From: Dehalococcoidia bacterium
GTDB taxonomy: Bacteria; Chloroflexota; Dehalococcoidia; GIF9; AB-539-J10
NCBI GenBank assembly: GCA_030612025.1
Contig: JAUWOR010000008.1
Span: 29,849 to 93,848, forward strand
Direction of reading: 5' to 3'
DNA length: 64,000 nt
A model generated the notes under the pieces. The model was not told the origin of the DNA and searched no databases. It saw nothing but the letters and a program-made list of their open reading frames with translations. Positions within the stretch are counted from its first letter, which is position 1. Every line of letters begins with the position of its first letter. Below, piece after piece: positions 59,661-64,000 of this stretch. The position numbers were made by a program, and so were the translations under genes.

Positions 59661-59703
59661 TCCCTAATTTTATATCAATTATATCCCTGTCACCCTTGAG
59701 GGC

Positions 59704-60381
59704 TCAAGGCAATATCCGCCAGCCATTATGCTCAGCAAATTGACGCAAATTTCTATCAGGGTAAGTTGCCACTGGGTTACCTACCAGCTTCAATAATGGA
59801 ATGTCAAACATGCTATCGGCATAAGCGAAGCTCGATGAACAATCTACTTCCAACCCATTTCGATCAATGAATTCTTTAAGCAACTTAGCTTTATTTTCAC
59901 CAAAACACAAAGGCTTAATAATCTTACCAGTATATTTCCCATCAATAACTTCGAGTTTTGTGCCAATTAAATTGGGCACGCCCAACCTTTGCCCCACAAT
60001 TTCTAAAAGCTCGCTAAATGCAGCAGAGATAATCATCACCAAATGCCCACTTTGCTTATGCTGCTTTAGAATCTTGACTACATCGCGGCGCAACGATTTA
60101 GGTATATAGTTATCAGTAACCCAATGAAAGACTTCTAGCACTTCTTCCTCACTTGCTCCTTCAAAAATGCCGCTCAGATCCTCCATCCACTTCGCCCTAT
60201 ATTTTTCTCTGTTGAGCAATTTGCACCTGCTCAATAACCATAAGGGTAAATGAGTAGACCAAAATGCTAATATCCAAGCTCTCTTCTTCTTATGCACAAG
60301 GTAATATTTGAGGAAGCCATCCCAGATATGTCCTGAGCATAAGGTCCCATCCAGATCAAAAATAGCCAGAATGCTACTCAT
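59704..60381 (-). CDS. HAD-IB family hydrolase
   Basis: FDLDGTL, IISA, K, AYADS..DIPLL..VG.P. Confidence 0.92.
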   Translation of the reverse strand: MSSILAIFDLDGTLCSGHIWDGFLKYYLVHKKKRAWILAFWSTHLPLWLLSRCKLLNREKYRAKWMEDLSGIFEGASEEEVLEVFHWVTDNYIPKSLRRDVVKILKQHKQSGHLVMIISAAFSELLEIVGQRLGVPNLIGTKLEVIDGKYTGKIIKPLCFGENKAKLLKEFIDRNGLEVDCSSSFAYADSMFDIPLLKLVGNPVATYPDRNLRQFAEHNGWRILP

Positions 60382-60387
60382 CTATCT

Positions 60388-62103
60388 CTATTTAAAAAAG
60401 GCAAGCAATTCCTCTAGAGGCAGAGTATTTAATATATGTTGAGGCTCGCACCAGGCTCGCCGAGCCACACTAACTCCAAACCTCATAAAACCCAGGTGGG
60501 TAACGCTATGAGCATCAGTCTCGATGGCAAGCTTTACTCCCAGCTCTCTGGCTCGAAAAGTATGAACATCGTTTAAATCAAGCCGCTCAGGCATAGCATT
60601 AATCTCCAGAACTTTATTATTCTTAACTGCCGCTCGGAAGATAGCTTCCAAATCCATGGCAATAGGCTCACGCTCGCACAAGAGACGGCAAGTAGGATGC
60701 GCTATAATATCCACGTCTGGGTTTTCTATGGCACTCAATACCCTCCTGGTCATCTTCTCCTCGCTTTGATTCATAGCAGAATGCACAGCAGCAATGACTA
60801 TGTCCAAATCGGAGAGTATTTCATGTGGCAAATCTAAGCTGCCATCTGCCCGAATATCAACCTCGATGCCGTTAAACACATAGATGCCATCCACCCTCTC
60901 ATTTAATGCCCTGATCTCAGCCATTTGTTTCCTTAACCTTTCCACATCAAGCCCATGAGCAATGCCCCGCCCCACAGAATGGTCGGTAATGGCTATATAC
61001 TGATAGCCTGAATTCTTAGCTGCCAAAGCCATCTCTTCAAGTGAGTTATGTCCGTCGCTCCAGTCGGTATGCATGTGAAGGTCCCCTTTCATATTGGATA
61101 CTTCCACAAGCTTTGGCAAAGTTCCTCGCTCAGCTCTCTCCACTTCCCCTTGGGCTTCTCTAAGCTCAGGAGGAATATATTGAAGCCCTAACCGATGATA
61201 AAACTCCTCCTCAAGAGCAAACTTCTTCAGCTTATCCGTAGCTAAATCGGTAATGCCATACTCACTCAACTTTAACCCTTGCCTCCGTCCCCTTTCCCTC
61301 AGGGAAATATTATGCTGCTTGCTCCCGGTAAAATACTGGAGTAGGGAACCAAAGGAATCATGCTCTACCATCCTTAAGTCAACCTGTAATCCCCCAGAAA
61401 CGATAGCGCTTGCCTTAGTTGAACCTTGAGCCAACACCTGTCCCATATGAGGCAAAGAAACAAAAGTATCTATAACCTCCCTGGCATTATCAGCAGTGCC
61501 CATAAGGTCAATATCACCCAATGTTTCCCTGAAGCGACGCAGACTGCCAGCATAGGTTAAATTCCTCACACCGGGAACAGAGCGGAGCGAGCCAAGGATT
61601 CGCTCCACAATGGGCAAAGCCTCGCCAATGGGAATGCGCTGGTCTTTGCGGCGCAAGGCTTGAATCTGCTGAAGGATGTTGCTAGCTGTCTTGTCACCAA
61701 GGCGAAAAAGCTTTGCTACTCGGCCACCATGAATCGCTTGCTCTAAGGCATCAACCGAGCTTATCCCTAGCTCACTAGAGAGCTTATTAGCCGTTTTAGG
61801 CCCGATTCCTGGAATAGCTAGAAGATTGGTTATCCCTTCAGGGAACTCAGCTTTCAGATTCTCGTAGTAGCCTAGCTTTCCTGTAGTCACTAGCTCAGTA
61901 GTCTTCTTAGCTATTGCTTCACCCACTCCAGGGATATTCCTTAAGTCCTCCCCTTCATCAAGCATAATCCTTATCTCCTTAGGATAATGCTCAATAGCCC
62001 GAGTTGCCTTCTGGTAAGCGCGAATCTTAAAGGCATTCTCGCCTTTAAGCTCCAGAAGGTCAGCAATATCACTGAATACTTTGGCAATAGCGGTGTTTTT
62101 CAC
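60388..62103 (-). CDS. polX: DNA polymerase X / PHP 3'-5' exonuclease
   Basis: AGSLRR...GDID, QYFTGSK.HN, GDLHMHT.WSDG, ITDHS, TDAH. Confidence 0.96.
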   Translation of the reverse strand: MKNTAIAKVFSDIADLLELKGENAFKIRAYQKATRAIEHYPKEIRIMLDEGEDLRNIPGVGEAIAKKTTELVTTGKLGYYENLKAEFPEGITNLLAIPGIGPKTANKLSSELGISSVDALEQAIHGGRVAKLFRLGDKTASNILQQIQALRRKDQRIPIGEALPIVERILGSLRSVPGVRNLTYAGSLRRFRETLGDIDLMGTADNAREVIDTFVSLPHMGQVLAQGSTKASAIVSGGLQVDLRMVEHDSFGSLLQYFTGSKQHNISLRERGRRQGLKLSEYGITDLATDKLKKFALEEEFYHRLGLQYIPPELREAQGEVERAERGTLPKLVEVSNMKGDLHMHTDWSDGHNSLEEMALAAKNSGYQYIAITDHSVGRGIAHGLDVERLRKQMAEIRALNERVDGIYVFNGIEVDIRADGSLDLPHEILSDLDIVIAAVHSAMNQSEEKMTRRVLSAIENPDVDIIAHPTCRLLCEREPIAMDLEAIFRAAVKNNKVLEINAMPERLDLNDVHTFRARELGVKLAIETDAHSVTHLGFMRFGVSVARRAWCEPQHILNTLPLEELLAFFK

Positions 62104-62150
62104 TGGCTTTATCTCAGACCCACTGAAAACAGTTTATGTTCAGTTGTACA

Positions 62151-62384
62151 CTATTTGTGTTCAGGTGCTAAGACCTTAACTTTCTCCCTTATCCACTCCC
62201 AATCAGGATCGCCATGGTTGAAGAAAGATTTAAAGTTATCCTTCAGCCACTCGTAATAATCATCTTCAACAAATTGACAGAAAGCCTCTACGAGGTCTTC
62301 CTTTGAAATGTTCTTGGGAATTTCTAACTCCATATCTTCAAATTGGCAATCAAGGAATTCTTCAACTACGTCTCTATCAAGCAT
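62151..62384 (-). CDS. small acidic hypothetical protein
   Basis: 77-aa ORF, acidic/aromatic composition, between the RelA/SpoT-domain gene and polX. Confidence 0.65.
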   Translation of the reverse strand: MLDRDVVEEFLDCQFEDMELEIPKNISKEDLVEAFCQFVEDDYYEWLKDNFKSFFNHGDPDWEWIREKVKVLAPEHK

Positions 62385-62434
62385 TTTTGGTTACCTTATA
62401 TAAGTATTCTACAAGTTCAGCCCTAGCTAAGTCC

Positions 62435-63391
62435 CTAGTAGTCAATGTTCACGCGACACGATGAGTCTACTTTTTTAAGTTCAGGACATATATCTATCAT
62501 CTCGTCAGTTATAAGTAAGTGCCTATTTTTCTGTCTTGTGTTATTAAGGAAAGCCCCCTTTTCTAGGAACAAGATAATCAATATTATCTGACACGGGGTA
62601 ATTGAGACTGCCTTAACAATATTAGTGTACTTACTAATATTTAGCCAACTGGATAAGTCTTCTACATTTGCTTCAGCTAGCCTCAAATACTCCTCGATAA
62701 TAATGCTCGCTCTTCGTAAATCTTCAGGTAGTTTCTCAGTACTCCAAACGTCTTTAAGTAGCTTTATTATCTCATTCCGCCGTTGATATGGTTTGTAGTC
62801 TTTTTCCTCTTGGATAGATGATATTTTCAGGAAATCGGACAACATCAGATCTACTAATTCAAGATTCGCTCTTAGTTCACTAGCTGTTCTCTCTTTTTGC
62901 CAAGTCAATATATCCGTCTTGTATGTCTGGGCACGAATCACTTCAGCTAGAGCATCCTGCAAACCAGTTCTAATTTGTAATTCAAACTTTTTCCCTAATA
63001 TCTCCTTATTACTTATCAAGGGATTATCTTTAAAACTCAATATTAATTGAATGTCATCATATATAAACTCGCTCGGGCGATAGCTCCTGAAATTCCTTCT
63101 TTCTACATTGAATCTCTCCTCTACTTTTTCGAGAATTGCACCAATATCAGAGTTACTCTTAACTATTAGCCTACAAGCAACTAAATCTTCAATTTCATCA
63201 GCCGGATTTTTATATCCTTCTTTCTCTATCTTCGCCATCAAGCTCTCTTTTGGCTTTGGCCTTGCTGGAACATACCTAATATCTAATGAGTCAGCTATGT
63301 TCCCAAGCGTTTGGTCAATATTGTACTTAAGAACATGTAAAGAGTTTTCTATTCTACCGTAGAATACTTCAATAGTCTTAGGGATTACCAT
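62435..63391 (-). CDS. RelA/SpoT nucleotidyltransferase-domain protein (divergent)
   Basis: R.K..ES...K, EDL.A.R, Y, FELQIRT..Q...A......YK. Confidence 0.8.
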   Translation of the reverse strand: MVIPKTIEVFYGRIENSLHVLKYNIDQTLGNIADSLDIRYVPARPKPKESLMAKIEKEGYKNPADEIEDLVACRLIVKSNSDIGAILEKVEERFNVERRNFRSYRPSEFIYDDIQLILSFKDNPLISNKEILGKKFELQIRTGLQDALAEVIRAQTYKTDILTWQKERTASELRANLELVDLMLSDFLKISSIQEEKDYKPYQRRNEIIKLLKDVWSTEKLPEDLRRASIIIEEYLRLAEANVEDLSSWLNISKYTNIVKAVSITPCQIILIILFLEKGAFLNNTRQKNRHLLITDEMIDICPELKKVDSSCRVNIDY

Positions 63392-64000
63392 TTTCCCTTT
63401 ACAACAATGAGTCGTTTTAATGTATCCTCACGAGTCTGTCTACTTTTAATACTATTAGACGCTTGCCTAACCGCCCATGCATAGACTTGAGCTTGCTCAT
63501 CACTCAGCTCATCTCGGATCTTATCTGCAAACTGTAAGAGGTTTTCTCTCGTCCTTTCAACATCTACCTCTAATCCACCACCACTCTCATCATATAACTT
63601 AGACATTGCAGACCATAAAGAATAGAGATCTGCAAGGTTACTATAACGTGTTTTGTATACCTTTAGCTTTGCAATCAGATCCTTACATACTTCGTATTTC
63701 CTTCTATTGCTATCTAAATCTGGAATATCATCATCATAATTTGCATAGTAACCATCTAAATGGTCTCTACCATCTGTGATTCCGTGCATGACTACCAAAA
63801 ATATTTCCGAAACATATTCAATGTCTAACATCCTTCTTATTCTTGAAGTAGTAGATATCCCCATATCACGCCAGAATGGATCATCTACTAATTGGGTTAC
63901 ATAAGTGATGAATACTCCAGCGAACCGTGCATGACGTAGCTCTTGTGCATTTAACCGAGCAACATTTCTGTTCAACCTGTCAAAACACTGATTTAAGTCT
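63385..64000 (-). CDS. DUF262 (GmrS/ParB-like) protein, C-terminal part
   Basis: frame open to the window edge; FDRLN.....LN.QELR.A motif. Confidence 0.75.
   Translation of the reverse strand, partial: DLNQCFDRLNRNVARLNAQELRHARFAGVFITYVTQLVDDPFWRDMGISTTSRIRRMLDIEYVSEIFLVVMHGITDGRDHLDGYYANYDDDIPDLDSNRRKYEVCKDLIAKLKVYKTRYSNLADLYSLWSAMSKLYDESGGGLEVDVERTRENLLQFADKIRDELSDEQAQVYAWAVRQASNSIKSRQTREDTLKRLIVVKGKW

Overview
Bacterial chromosomal window, most likely from a member of Dehalococcoidia (Chloroflexota), judged from the stand-alone 16S rRNA gene and the gene content. The housekeeping backbone includes ltaE, degV, ybaK, a fmt-like gene, yggS, lepB, pyrE, 7 tRNAs, feoAB plus a DtxR-family regulator, rnhC, prfA-prmC-cobB, rny-ymdB, 16S, corA, coaX-coaBC-valS and polX. 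Accessory patches interrupt it. (1) 1-3.9 kb: an integrase-less integron-like cassette array (attI-like core, one complete attC, one degenerate attC), preceded by gene modules delimited by three copies of a 25-bp direct repeat. (2) A ~4.9-kb island in tRNA-Lys(CTT) with att repeats, arm-like repeats, two excisionase-like HTH genes and a large beta-helix surface protein, but no integrase. (3) A defence patch: VapBC, type III R-M, a DUF5677-like protein and a cryptic C2H2-like ORF. (4) A DUF262 plus divergent RelA/SpoT-domain pair at the right edge. REP-like palindromes are scattered throughout; some sit in frame inside coding genes and one appears to supply the ribosome-binding site for ymdB. 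Several pseudogenes are present. All calls come from manual motif reading; no database searches were run.
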